64,000 nucleotides of DNA, taken from NCBI RefSeq assembly GCF_000143415.4, contig NW_003314335.1, positions 526,113 to 590,112 on the forward strand. Direction: 5' to 3'. This stretch comes from Selaginella moellendorffii (Eukaryota > Plantae > Lycopodiophyta). A program made the translations under genes and the position numbers. This document shows, in pieces, positions 38,419 through 50,966 of this stretch. The notes beneath the pieces were generated by a model. The model did no database searches and was not told the DNA's origin. It saw only the letters and a program-made list of their open reading frames with translations. How positions within the stretch are numbered: position 1 is the first letter of the stretch; every line of letters starts with the position of its first letter.

Positions 38419-41400
38419 TGTCGCGAATGTGACTTCGGGTATCAAAAGTTACTTGTCGGCTAATCCCTATGGACACTCTTTCCTTACTGCCACGATGCCA
38501 GGAGGTCAGTATTGCTGGACCCGTTATTAGTCTCCACCTGAGCTAGTTGAGAAACTGGTCTTCGCGTGTGCACTTGACCAAATGGGCATAAGGATGAAAT
38601 TCCTAAGTGCTATTAGTCTTGGTCAGAAAAACTCATTTGTTGACTTACACTTGCTAGTGTTGGGAACCCCTGCGATATTGAGCTTGGTCCCTCAATATTC
38701 GCTAGATGATAGCTTACCGTGTCTGCCAAACACCCTCACTATCATGCTTTTTGTGTTAGTCTCATTTCGGTCCCAAATGCTATTTATGGAAGGTGTCCAA
38801 ATTTGCTCATTTGGCATATCTACGGAATGTAAAGATCGGCTTGAACACAATGGTGTTCGTCCCGTATCCAAATTCGCAATCTAGCACCATTCCATATTTA
38901 GTAAGTTTCGAGCTTGTCCTAGAGACTAACTCCTGATACTAAAGGAGGCTTGGGGTGAAAGCCCAAAGCGTGTGTTCTTCCGAGGGGGGGGGGGGATGGG
39001 GGGGGGGGTGATCCACATATCGGATTGACTCTCGACTAGACTGGGGGGGGCCGGGGGGGGTCCAAAAGTATAGTAGGGATAGTGGTAAGTTGGGTATGGC
39101 TGACCAACCTGAGGCATAGTTTAGCTCTCGCTTGCGTGCTTGTCCTTGTTCTGCGTCCGGCTTGGGTCTAAGCCTAAGTTCCATTCCATGCTAGTTGGTG
39201 GAGTACCCATGTCCTCACGTTAGGCCACTAGTATGCCGAAATAGCACTAGACTCCGTTTGGCTCCGTTTTGCGTGCTGGTCCTGGCATTAGGATGCTAGA
39301 TACTCTAGGACTGTTTCAAATCACTCCGGCCTCCTATCCCTTCACTCTTTGGGGTGTATGCTCGGGAGTTGCTCCGTGGTCCGGTTCCATCACTCCTTGG
39401 CTCCATACTTGGGAGTTTGGCATTGTTTCTTCGTTCAGTGGCCCAAGGCCTTGAACCTCGGGTTCCACACCACGTTCCTTTGGACACATGGCATATGACA
39501 CATGGCATCTGTCACATGGCATCTGTCACATGGCACATGAAGGGTTTAGGTTCCGCTTCGTGGTGTTATCCTATGGTAAATCCCCATAGAATAAAGGGTT
39601 AAAACCACGTGCGCTACATTTGGTATCAAAGCATGAGTCTTGGCGAATACTATTCAATGAGATTGGGCAACTAGTCTCGTTGCATACGTAGAGATGAAAA
39701 CGATGATCCGAGTGGGTACACATTTGGGTGCAAAGGCTTTGTAATGGTCCCTTGGGTATGGATTTGGTTACCTTTTTGTACCGTAATAATGTGAGTTTGC
39801 TCTAGGGCTCACAAGAAGGATTGAGTTGTTCTGTTTGTACAAGTGTTTGCTTGGGCTCGTGAGTGGGGCACATTAGCAACTTGAGGTTACATTTTGAGTT
39901 GGCAGGATTAATGTTAGCCTATTGGTGGTTTCATGAGTTGTTCCATGTACCGTGGGTGAAAGCAAACCTCCCTAGGTTTGCTATGAGTGGCATATAGGTT
40001 GGTCCGTAACTATTTAGCACTGCACTAGTGGATCCTTCCTAGGCATGATTATGGGTGAATCAATCAAGACTATGAGGATTGGTCTATTGGTTCAAGTAAT
40101 TATTGCCATGCTCTCTCATAAACTTTTCTTGGGTTGTACTGAAGACAGTGCGAATGCAAGCTTGAGGTTTGGTCAAAGATGAGACCGAAAAAAGAGTCGT
40201 CAGGGACGAAGGATCAAACACGTAAATCATCTTACTCTTCTTTGAGAGATGATTTGCAATGAGCTGTGACTCATTGCTCGTATTCACATTATGCAATCAA
40301 GAGTACTTATCTTGATGCATATTGGTTATGATGGTCTTACAAATGGTGAGTTATGGAATGGATAGTGGTGAAGTGCTAAATCATTTTATGTAGGCTTGCT
40401 ATTGGAAGACTTGGATTATAATGTTCAATTCTTTTCCGAGGAATCTTGCTATTGCTCTTTGAGTAGCTTGGTGTTGGATTAGTTTTGAGTTTGGTCGGAA
40501 AGAGAATGGCATGAGTTTATCTGTGTTGTGAACAAAAGTTAGTGGTGTTGGGTGTTGTAAATCTCTATTAGTAGAGTGTGGCATTTATGTTACATTTTGT
40601 CGAATCAAATTGACACTTGATACTACATAAACCTTTGAAGTAATGACATAGGCATTGCTCGTAGTGTTTCTCAATTGATGATCAAGTCATTGTGATTCTT
40701 ATATCATGTTCATGTGATAGTGAGCAATGTATTTACGAAGTTGTTTGGTTAAATGATGATCAACCCCAAAGTGGTTGATAGTGAAGCTAGTCTATTTACA
40801 TATAGTAGCATTGTAGTAGCTTTGACTGGATTCTCGATGGTGGTCCATTATGCTAAGCTTATGTTGATACCTTGTTCCGTGAGAGTTTGCCCATTAAGGA
40901 GTTGGAAAAGGTTATAGCATTCACTTGCTATGGCTTGTTGGTTGATCCGTTAGCACTTGGAGTAAATTGTTGGATGGAGAAGATGTGTAATTGAGGCATT
41001 GACATCACTAGCACTTGTGTTAGTGAAAGTGGCATTGTTATTTCGAGTGATGAGGAGTTCTCCTTAGACCTTTATTTTCCATGTTATTTTTCTTGTTAGT
41101 GTTTTGGCATCACATTGGATCTTGAAGGTGATTGAAGAAAAGTGTTAGTACAATGTGGATATCCTAAGATGTGGTCTTTGTGATTAAGCCTTGGATGTTC
41201 ATTTTGCATTTTCCAGATATTGGTGTTAGATGTTGGAAGTATGGGCAAAGATGTTTGATGCTTAAGCATACTATTGGGTCATGAGAATTGGAGTTGAGGT
41301 GAACTTTTGTGAAGTTGTTGGTAGAAGGAAGTTGGTTGAGTCTTGAAAGTTTGCATTCTTGGACTGAGAGTCATTTTTTTCTCTAGGATGGAAATTTTCC

Positions 41401-41862
41401 ATAAATTTTCTTAGGCTTTTCCAATTTGATCACTTTGCTTGAAAACCATTCTATTTTCGTAAGCCAGTACAAACTAATGAAAGGGTTAGAGTTGAGTTCA
41501 GTTAGCTTAGACCTTAGTATATAGTTTGTATGATGCAACCCGAAAGGGATGCTGACTTTTGGGGCTAAGGCAGTTGAGTTGGATAGAGTCTGGAGTTCAT
41601 GTAAAAAAGTGGCCATTGCGCTTTTCTAAAAAAGGTGACCCTTATGCCTTTCTTTTATAGCGTTGTGCTTGGTGGTAATTTGCACCTTGCATTTTGTTAG
41701 ACTCTATGAGAGTGGTGAACTCTTACTAATCTTGACTTGGTCTTCGTGGCCCTATGCCTTGGCTAAGGATGGTGATGTCTAACTTAGTTGTTTAAGTTTG
41801 AGGTGTTGGTACCCATACTATAGCTTTATCTAAGAGGAGGTTGTGTACCGATATGAGTCCAT
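38419..41862 (+). mobile_element. Non-coding LTR element family 'C', copy C1 (5' LTR 38419-39618 plus partial internal)
   Basis: TGTCGCG...CGCTACA LTR, Met PBS, internal colinear with 55673-57924; cut by A5 after TCCAT. Confidence 0.85.
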
Positions 41863-44800
41863 TGTGAGACACAAAATCCCTAGGCCCCAAAGTGGAGCCG
41901 GAAAAGGTGCCACGTGGTAGTGGCCGAAGCGAAAGCCAAACGAGCATAACACGTTTGGACTAAAAGCTCCGACTTGGAAGGTCGAGAGCGGGAGTGGAAC
42001 TCCCAACAAAGTGCTCGAGGAGCGAGCACAAGGCAACTAATAAGCAAGGCTCCAAAAAGGGACCCAAAAAGGACCAACATATGACACATGGAGGAGTCCG
42101 AGATGGACTCGAGATGGAGTCTGAGATGGACCCGAGGTGGACTCCGAGATGGAGTCCGAGATGGAACCAAGATGGAGTCCGAGATGGACCCGAGGTGGAC
42201 TCCGAGATGGAGTCCGAGATGGAACTAAGATGGAGTCCGAGATGGACCGAGATGGAGTCCGAGATGGACCCAAGATGGAGTCCGAGATGGACCCGAGGTG
42301 GAGTCCGAGATGGAGTCCGAGATGGACCCGAGATGGAGTCCGAGATGGACCCGAGATGGAGTCTGAGATGGACTGAGATGGAGTCCGAGATGGACCCGAG
42401 ATGGAGTCTGAGATGGACCCGAGGTGGAGTCTGAGATGGACCCGAGATGGAGTCTGAAGTCGAGACCGAAATAGAGACTGAGACCAGGACCGAGACTGAG
42501 ACCGAGACCGAGACCGAGACCAAGGCCGAGGCTGAGACCAAGCCCAAGTCCAAGTCCGAGTCCGAGTCCGAATCCGAGTCTGAGTCTGAGTTCGAATCCG
42601 AGTTCGAGTCTGAGAGGGTGAAAGCCCAAAGCGTTCGTCTCCCAGACTCTGAGGGGTTTGGTGAGCTCCAAAAGTATAGTAAGGGGGAGGACTGCAGTGG
42701 AGCCAATTTAGCCAGGAAAGTCCAATTTGGCCCAAGAAGGTCAGATCTAGTGTTGGGTGATGAACTAACCACTGGGAAGTCCAAAACTAGAGTGAATATG
42801 GACCGACAAATGGGGTAACTTAGTGAAGTGTTCAAGAGACGGCTCTAATTCCCCCAGGAGATTGACTGGCTAATGCTCCCAGTCCAAGTGTGGGTGGCAC
42901 TACTTACTTGGATACCTGGTGTGGCTCAACGGAACCTCGCTCTAAGCCCATGGCTAGAGCACCTAAAGGCGGAAGGTGGGGAGAGTACCTATGGGGCTCG
43001 TGTAGGGCCACGGTGTTCCGAAATGTTGTCCCAAAGTCCCAAATGGGGGAAAGGAGGAGGAGCAATCCTCTAGTGTAGTGACTACGGATATGGTCATATA
43101 GTGAGGAAGTCCCAGAGGACAATAGGACTTAATGGCCTGGCCTGCGGGCCTTAATCTAGGGGCAATGTTGGTGAACATGGCCATGGACGAAAAAGGGACT
43201 TGGTAGGAACTGACAAAGGCATGTTGGGGAAGGCTATTCCCCATGTTTGTGGGCATCCTAAGGATGCTAAGGAGTGGATCTGGGATGACTACTCGTGGAT
43301 GGACGGCCCGGTCTTGGAGAGACGGGATTGTGATGCAAGTGGTATTGGACCACTAGTGCGGCAAAGGTGAATGGGCATGGCCTTAGCGTAACAGACCAAT
43401 ATGTCAATGGTACCTTTGGGTGTCGGTCTTGGGATTGGACATGTGGAGCACTTGGACCAAGTGTAAGGGATGAGTGGCATGGATGCCACTCTTGGGACTA
43501 GCAAGTCCCAAGTCCTGAATTGGACTCAAGGAGGTTGTGAATGAGACTCCTCCAAGTGGTCAGAGGTGTGGTTAAGTGACTAAAGTAGAATGGAAAATTT
43601 AGTCGCTTACAATTTGGTATCAGAGCTGTTCCTTAGTCCGACTTTTATTGGTGCTAAAGTATATCACCACTAGTGTTGGCATTGGAAGGTCCTAGGAGTG
43701 GGCTTGTCCCTTGAGGAGTAGCAAGTCGGGAAGACATGGCTCTCCACTATAGTTCACGTGTGAACTTGTAAGCAAGGTGGTGGATAGAAAAGGGCCAATG
43801 ATGGAACGACTTTGGGATCTTAGAAACAGTGTAAGGCTTTCCTTATTGAGTGAGGATGTGATCCAGATGAGCGTTTGATGCAGCAAACGGGCTAACATAG
43901 TTGTGGTAAACAACTATAGTTGGGATCACGGGAAAGATGCAAACTCCAAAACAATAAAGGAGTCACAAGATTAACTTCATATAGTGAGGCTGGTGCTCAT
44001 GAAATTGAGTCCAAAATTAATGACCGTGAAAGGTGAAATATGGATGAGGACACGAGTCTTTGAAATGGTGGTTGGGGCTACCTTTAATAAATGCTGGAAC
44101 AACCCAAGGAGTTGAGGGTGTACTTAAAGATGAGTTGTTATTCTCATCACATGGACAAGTAGTCCTAAGGGGCAAAGGTTAGCCCCAAGAAAATCATCAA
44201 GTGTTGGAGTAACACTTGCAAAAATGGTCCTTGTGAGTAGGACATAAATACAAGAAGTTGTATTCCAGCGAGTTGGCACCTCAAAGACTAAGACCTTGCA
44301 GGTTGTTGGATTTACAAAGTCCAAAATGCTAGATGACTCAAGTGGAGTCATGGAATGGTCCTAAGGGATTGGTTGAAGCATTTGGACTGAGGTGTATGGT
44401 ACCCCATGAGGTATGGGGAGGATCATAAGATCCAAGTATGAGAATAATAGGTATCTCAATGATGGCAGAATGTGCCATACTGAAGTTGTGGGAAAGATGT
44501 TCCCAGAAGAAAGCAACTTTGGCCCAGACTTGGGTGCAAACACTATGGTGCGATGCTAACTGATAGTTAGCATGAGGAACAATTATATTGGTCTTGGCAA
44601 AGACCTAGACACTAATAAGTAGTGTCATAAGGATATGCTCATGGGGCCAATGGTGTGGAAACACCAAATGTGCTAAGGTGTGATATCTTGAGGTTGTTGG
44701 TGGGTTCATAAGAACCCCTTGCCAAGGGAATCCCAACGGAAATGGGAATGGCATAGCCTAAGCTGGAATGCATGCGATTGGAGTGTGGTGACCCAGATAA

Positions 44801-45890
44801 TTATAGAGGTGTGGAAGCACCAAGCAATAAGTTGTAGAACTTGACAACTATGGGGCAACTAAATAAGAGGTGCAAAGATAATTGGTTAAATGGGTAGAAG
44901 GTAGATACCCAAGACTTCTTAATGGCATAAGGAAGTTAGATATACCCTTACAGGGGATAAATTGCTTATGTTACAATATAATGAGTCAATGTCGTAAAAG
45001 GAAATGCTCATTGTCAAGGAGACCATCATTGGGATACCCAAACACTCTGGAACACCAAGAGGTGGTGTTTAGTGTCGCGAGGGCAATAGATAAGGCCCAA
45101 GGGACTAAGTCCTTAACAAGTGATGGATAAAAAGTGCTATCCAAATGTCCAAGGTTGCAGAGACGGGAGAAGACTGTCTACCCGAATTGGACAAAGCCAA
45201 AAATGGAACTTTGGCAAGGCTAGTGAAGGCCCATGAGCAACAACGTTAATCCCGGTGTATGGGATTATAAGGTGAGCATACTTGGATTGAGGAACCACTC
45301 CCTAGGCTATTAGGTAGGTTCATCCCTAAGAATACTTGCTAAGGCATGATAGAAAGTGCGAAGCTATCCTCCTAGTCTGGAGGAAAATGACCAAAGGAAA
45401 GGTGTGAAGCCAAAAAGCAAGTAGTAAGGGGATAAAACCGAACCGTAGGAATCGAAGGGCATGACCAAGGTTAGTTATGCTAGCTGGGAGTGGAGAATCA
45501 AATGGGGGCTCGAGGATGTTGTTGCTAGCAACCTTGATGCCATGGAGAGTCTAAAATATGGAATTGTCCATGTTAAACTATATGGCAACTAAAAAGCTTG
45601 CGAAAAGGGAGGCCTAGGCAAGCTAAGGGATAGAGTCCCTTCAAGGTTCCCAAAGACAATTCTAGGTAGCTTAGTACCTAGAAAGGCCAAAGTGTAAATG
45701 GTTCACAGAACGCGCGAAACTAAAGTGGCGCAGCAAAAGCATGGTCTTGAAGCTTGCCAGGAGGCAAGGCTATCAAGGTTAAGGAAGTAGATCCCGAGTG
45801 TTCAAAGAGAGGTCTTTGAATGAAAGTCGATGATTAAGGACTTTCACGCTTATGCATGAACTATGTTATGATGGCCGGATGACTTACTAA
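41863..45890 (+). mobile_element. Family A copy A5, 5' part (LTR 41863-43611, PBS, internal)
   Basis: LTR followed by TTTGGTATCAGAGC; internal colinear with 23551-25840; interrupted by the DNA transposon. Confidence 0.85.
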
Positions 45891-46579
45891 AAGCTCTATT
45901 TCGTTAAAGTGGGATTTATTCAGTAAAATGGGACTAGGTACAAATTTTCAAGTATTTGAAAATGACGTGAAATTATATGTTTTTTGTCCAGGGGCTAGAC
46001 ATATCTGGGGCATGGTGACTAGCGCGGTGACTTTGTGTCCAGACTGAGTCCATCTGGTTGTATAATAAATCTCATTGTCAAGGTGAACAAGCCGAATCTG
46101 AAGCTAAAGAAGAGCGATGGCATGCGCGCACACACTATTTGTTTGTTCATTGAGCGTGTGGTGAGCTTTCCAAGATGAATGTCATTCCTATTAGCCAGAC
46201 ATATAACTTAATGGTGAGAACATTTAGATATTATTCAATGTTATCTTTTTCTAACGAATCTAATTGTGAAGGTGTAGCAAGAGGCATTGCTAGTCTGGAG
46301 AAGTCATTTAACTCATTTGACCCTTAGTGTATTTTCATGAAACTAAATAACATTCATATTATTAAGGAATTTCTCTAGTACCTTTTTTTTACGACATAGA
46401 GGCTTGCATTTCTTTCAAAGGTGATTTAGTAAAAGGCCTGAGAGCACATGCCATTCTATTTCTCAGACCGGTATTAAGATATACTAGTGCAAAGGGCCAC
46501 ATGCCATCACGCCTCCTCTGATTCAGATTCGGATTGTTCACCTTGAAATAAAATACATTAGAAACTTAGTAAAGGAATA

Positions 46580-49500
46580 TTAATGAATCTCACCTTGAAC
46601 CTGGGTTATGAATGCTCTTGCTGCATCTCTTGCATGGTCTGGCAAGGTGATGGTGGCACTCTGCTTCCGCATCCAACCATGCACAACATTATCCACCGAT
46701 ATGCTCATGCTGGGATCCCTTGGATTCAGCACCCATCTCTTTTCTAGGCAATCCTTCGTATATTCGGAACTTGGCTTGAACCACTCCACAGTTACATTGA
46801 AGGAGTTAGTTTCCGCGTCCTCCTCTGCATCAGTGATGCAGCGCCCCACCCATATCATTTGTTTTTTATTACTGGGTCTGACAAGCACGACCATTCCTTT
46901 GCAGACCTGTACTGGATTGAATGCTGAATCCAGCTTCTTGTTCCTCGGCCCACAATAGTGACCCTCAACATCGTTATCTGTCACTGCATTTCTAGAGGAC
47001 ATTGTTCCGCTACTATCTAGTGCTCTGGGTTCTGGCCAAAAGGACTCTTCCAATTCTTCATATACAACCGGCCCATTTTGGATAGCAGATATAATCTTCT
47101 CCCAGTATTCGAGCAAAGGCTTGCACCTCTTAAAATAGGATTCTCCACCAAACACCAACCCCCTCTTCCAGAAGGCAATATGCTGTCTAATCCCAGCCAC
47201 TATACTTTCCTGGTCTTTGAGTCCATCCGGGTGCATCGGCCGTGGGGAACCCTGAGGAATCATAGGTTCCCCAGTTATGGGATCTCTCTTGAAGAGTTCA
47301 ATGCCATCCACTGGCAGCCACACTGTGTCCCATTCTCTCATCTTGTACCTCATCACTGGAGCACCGTCACGCATGCTGAAATGAAACTGAAGAGGCTTGG
47401 AGTGGCCAATCAGCGTTTCGGATCCATCCCTGATGTAGCCTCTTACAAACCCCTTAAAGTCTGGAACCTCTGTCACAAGTGCAGCTTCAACAGTGCCTTT
47501 GATGCAATTTTGGAATTCATCGTAGAGTTGTGGGAGGGTGAGGACATTGGATCGCCGGAGGGACTCTGCCAGGTGACTGAACATGGCATCGACGTCTTCA
47601 TGAGTGTGCCCAACCATGAGAAAGCCAAGTGTAACCGTTTCAAATATGCCTTTGGCAACAAGCATCGCCAAGTACGCGAAGACATACATGTTTTTGTTCT
47701 CACTGCCAGCATTGTCTGTTTGGAGTAGAAGATGGGGTGGAAGGCCACATCGGCCGCAAGAACTTCCTTGAGATTCTGCTTCGTTTGGATGAGGCTGTGC
47801 ATTCACCGGGCGACCAGCCTCGTCGGAATGGCATGAGGCCTCACGTGATAACCCTACAATCTGACGGCCAACATATTCACTGGGATGGCATGGGGCCCCA
47901 CGCGATACTGCAAGCCTTTGCTCCTCCTCCAGCTGAACCCTGTATGGGGTTCGATCGACAAGGGCCTTATGCAAGGGTTGGCTGTTCAGCTCAGTCTGCG
48001 CACTTTGCAGAGACCTTAAGTGTTTTGCTAGGGACGCAATCATCATGTTTGCACCCCCGCCACCCCATAGAGGTACAAAGAAGTTCCCATAGTTCTGGGC
48101 ACCATGCCCATGAGCGATTATGCCAAACAGAGACACAGGCAGCTGCATGGATGAAGAGATTGCCTTGGGGGCAGGATTGAGTCGAGGTAAGCACGTCTTT
48201 TTCTGGTCCATTTTGTCGTGGATGATGCAGAGGTAAGAGTCAGGTCTCTCCATGGAGAGAATCCTGTTATGATAATATGCAGTCCTGCAGCTTCTCTGCT
48301 CGATGTTGTGGTCGAGCCGCCTTCTAACCAACGTCTCTCGCTCTTGAGCGCTGCAAGAATTCTTCGACAAAGCCATTTTGATAGCAGTGCACTCGTCACA
48401 CTTTGAAAAGCTGGAGTACTTTCCTATACTCACATCCCTGAACCTGTTGCTCCACAATCTACTAAATCTAGATTGGCTCAGCTTCCTGTAGCCATTACTC
48501 TGCAGTTCCTGATTCACATCTTCCAATATGGCCCCCTTGGTATACATGGAAGGGAGAACTCGTTGGGTGTCTCGTGTTCCATCTTCCAAGAGGCGGGTTT
48601 TATGTGGTTGCTGCTCGCTACATGTCTCGACAAACCTCTTGAAGATTGCCTCTCCATATACAACATGACCCCTGGTTTTGTGCGTACCGTCGTTCCCATG
48701 GACTGCCTGTTGAACCCTTTGTTCCTCGAACTCAGTTTTGATTCTGTAGAATGTGCTTCGAGGGACTCCATAAATGATTCTCCATGCCTTCATGCAGACC
48801 AAACCCCTCTGGAAGACCATGCCCCCCACCTGATGTTCTGAAGCATCAACAGATGACCGTAATGCCTCATACACAAAATTGCGAGCTGCCTTCCAGGACA
48901 ATGTCTTGTATCTTGCTCTCTCCTCTTCAATAGCATCCCAATCAGCATGTTGACAGCACCTCCTCTTGCAACAAGCAACTGTCGAGACCATTCGAACCTC
49001 CATCGCCATTTTCTGCCTTTTCGGTTCATTGCTCAGATCCCTTTGGCTGTGCTGTAGGAAGGTGTACTTTCTTTTCCCATGAAGAGATGTTCTGTCATCA
49101 GTTGTAGTGGTGTTTGATTGTGAATCCTTCACATTCTCAAACACTAAATGCCTCAATTTCCACCGCACAATGCTTCCAATAGTCAGACTGTTTTCTTCTG
49201 TGTCAACAACCTCTAAAATCGCAACTCCAATATCATCCCAGCCCAATTCTTGATTAGCAACCGCATCTCTTGGATCGACAACTGTGGCTAAGCCCTCAGC
49301 TACCACCTCCCCCTCGGGGTTGTTTAGAAACACCTTTGCTTGAATCCATGTAGCACGGTTCTTAAGATCCACGGAGGGAACATGCGTCGCACTTGCGCTG
49401 TCCCCAACATCTGCTTTCTTCTGCAGATTTTTCAAGGCAACAACAACATTTACCCCGACGACCATCTCTCCTCGTTCAATAGCGACCACATTCCCATCGA

Positions 49501-49648
49501 AGACAGTCTCTACTGATACAGCAGCATTGCCTTCCCTAAGCCTTTGACAGTGTATAACAAAGTTCCGATCCATAGACACAAGGGTCCCTTTTGCAACTCT
49601 CTTCCCACCATTCAAAATGTAAACCTTTTCCCCAACCCTGAAGGCCAT
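46580..49648 (-). CDS. Sola-type (DUF7869-like) DDD/E transposase, 1022 aa, uninterrupted
   Basis: CCKRRC, FSKCDEC, HDKMDQ, LQTDNAGSENKN and FLMVGHTHEDVDAMFS motifs; two N-terminal repeats resembling the Tnp1/EnSpm-like domain; splice acceptor immediately before the ATG. Confidence 0.85.
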   Translation of the reverse strand: MAFRVGEKVYILNGGKRVAKGTLVSMDRNFVIHCQRLREGNAAVSVETVFDGNVVAIERGEMVVGVNVVVALKNLQKKADVGDSASATHVPSVDLKNRATWIQAKVFLNNPEGEVVAEGLATVVDPRDAVANQELGWDDIGVAILEVVDTEENSLTIGSIVRWKLRHLVFENVKDSQSNTTTTDDRTSLHGKRKYTFLQHSQRDLSNEPKRQKMAMEVRMVSTVACCKRRCCQHADWDAIEEERARYKTLSWKAARNFVYEALRSSVDASEHQVGGMVFQRGLVCMKAWRIIYGVPRSTFYRIKTEFEEQRVQQAVHGNDGTHKTRGHVVYGEAIFKRFVETCSEQQPHKTRLLEDGTRDTQRVLPSMYTKGAILEDVNQELQSNGYRKLSQSRFSRLWSNRFRDVSIGKYSSFSKCDECTAIKMALSKNSCSAQERETLVRRRLDHNIEQRSCRTAYYHNRILSMERPDSYLCIIHDKMDQKKTCLPRLNPAPKAISSSMQLPVSLFGIIAHGHGAQNYGNFFVPLWGGGGANMMIASLAKHLRSLQSAQTELNSQPLHKALVDRTPYRVQLEEEQRLAVSRGAPCHPSEYVGRQIVGLSREASCHSDEAGRPVNAQPHPNEAESQGSSCGRCGLPPHLLLQTDNAGSENKNMYVFAYLAMLVAKGIFETVTLGFLMVGHTHEDVDAMFSHLAESLRRSNVLTLPQLYDEFQNCIKGTVEAALVTEVPDFKGFVRGYIRDGSETLIGHSKPLQFHFSMRDGAPVMRYKMREWDTVWLPVDGIELFKRDPITGEPMIPQGSPRPMHPDGLKDQESIVAGIRQHIAFWKRGLVFGGESYFKRCKPLLEYWEKIISAIQNGPVVYEELEESFWPEPRALDSSGTMSSRNAVTDNDVEGHYCGPRNKKLDSAFNPVQVCKGMVVLVRPSNKKQMIWVGRCITDAEEDAETNSFNVTVEWFKPSSEYTKDCLEKRWVLNPRDPSMSISVDNVVHGWMRKQSATITLPDHARDAARAFITQVQGEIH

Positions 49649-50002
49649 TCTGAAAGTGCAGAAAAGAAGTTAAGACCATACAAAAAATGATTGGAGAATG
49701 GCCTAAATCATAACATACCAAATAGCATGAGGCCACATGCCATTATTCAAACATGCTATTGACACCCACGTGAAATTTCGCATTCACAAAATTGGCATGA
49801 GGCCTCATGCCATCTTGATATACACACAGCTGCAGGCAAGTAAAAACATACATGACAATACGCTAGCCATGAAATTGCAAGGGCCCAAGATGGCATGTGG
49901 CCTCATGCCATTTCTAAATGTGGTCCTAAACCATTCCATGGTGAACATACCAGGAAGCACAAGTGCCGAATATCAAGAGGAAGCGGTAGCCACACCAAAG
50001 AC

Positions 50003-50135
50003 AGTGCCGCTCGCAACACCGCAACAACTCATAGCGCCGCTCGCAACACCGCAACTGCTCGTAGCGCCGCTCGCACAAACTGCCACTCGCATAAACTGCC
50101 GCTCGCAATGGCGCTCGCAATACCGCAACCGCTTG
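50003..50135 (+). repeat. Short tandem repeat (GCGCCGCTCGCAACACCGCAAC units, ~30-bp period) inside the transposon
   Basis: Three to four imperfect units. Confidence 0.7.
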
Positions 50136-50934
50136 TAGACACATAAACCACAGTTCACAACGCCGCTTACACAAGCAGCGCTCACTGCGCTCAGCGGAAC
50201 CAAGAACACGGCGCACAAAAATGATAGACCTAGGAATGAGTTCGAGAATTCAAAAATAACACACGCTTAAACGTCAAATTAAATCCTCTAACAAACCAGA
50301 TCTTATGATTCCTCTGACAAATTTCAAACTGAGTAGCTTCTAGACTTTGCTGTCGGAGGTTGAACTTTGTCACATCATGTCCTTGCCTCGATCCAGCTGT
50401 GCCATGTCAGTGATTCGAACTTTGCCATGCCATGTCAGCGATCCGCGCCAAGATTATTCGCCGTGTAAAGGAATAATTATGTTGTGTGTGTACGTCCATT
50501 TATGGCAATATAAGGCCACACGCCATTCAAAGAATAATGCTAGTCGAGCATTTTTTGGTGCATTTTTGGGTTCAAAATTGCATGAGCCCACACACTATAA
50601 AGTTTACCTGTACCAAAAATAGAAACAGCTTTATTTACTTGGGAATTTAAGTGGTTGAGGCATTTTTAAACTTACAAACACATGCCCTACTTACATTCAT
50701 TTGGTTGCTTAAAATTCAAAAATATTATAAACCTTTCTTTTTGCATTTTCAATGTTTTCAATTATGGTTTTTGATTTTCGCAGGACCAGCCTAGTAATCT
50801 ATTTGCATCCCGTCATGTTTATAGCTAGCTTTCGTTTGTCCCCTTCGCTGGCCTGAGATACATCTGCTCGGAATCTGCCTCTTACAGCATTTGCCCAGAA
50901 AGGGCATCTTTCTTCACGCAGCATTTGCCACATG

Positions 50935-50966
50935 TTTAGGGTTAGGGTTTAGGGTTTAGGGTTTAG
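50935..50966 (+). repeat. Interstitial plant telomeric repeat, ~4.5 units
   Basis: TTTAGGG TTAGGG TTTAGGG TTTAGGG TTTAG. Confidence 0.85.

Noticed and set aside
15595-42835. Many 100-380 aa ORFs such as [13 protein letters not shown] and [11 protein letters not shown]
   Set aside because: Six-frame translations of the stop-poor LTR tandem arrays, not genes
47078-48841. Plus-strand ORFs of 120-216 aa overlapping the transposase
   Set aside because: Antisense shadows of a long ORF with no recognisable motifs
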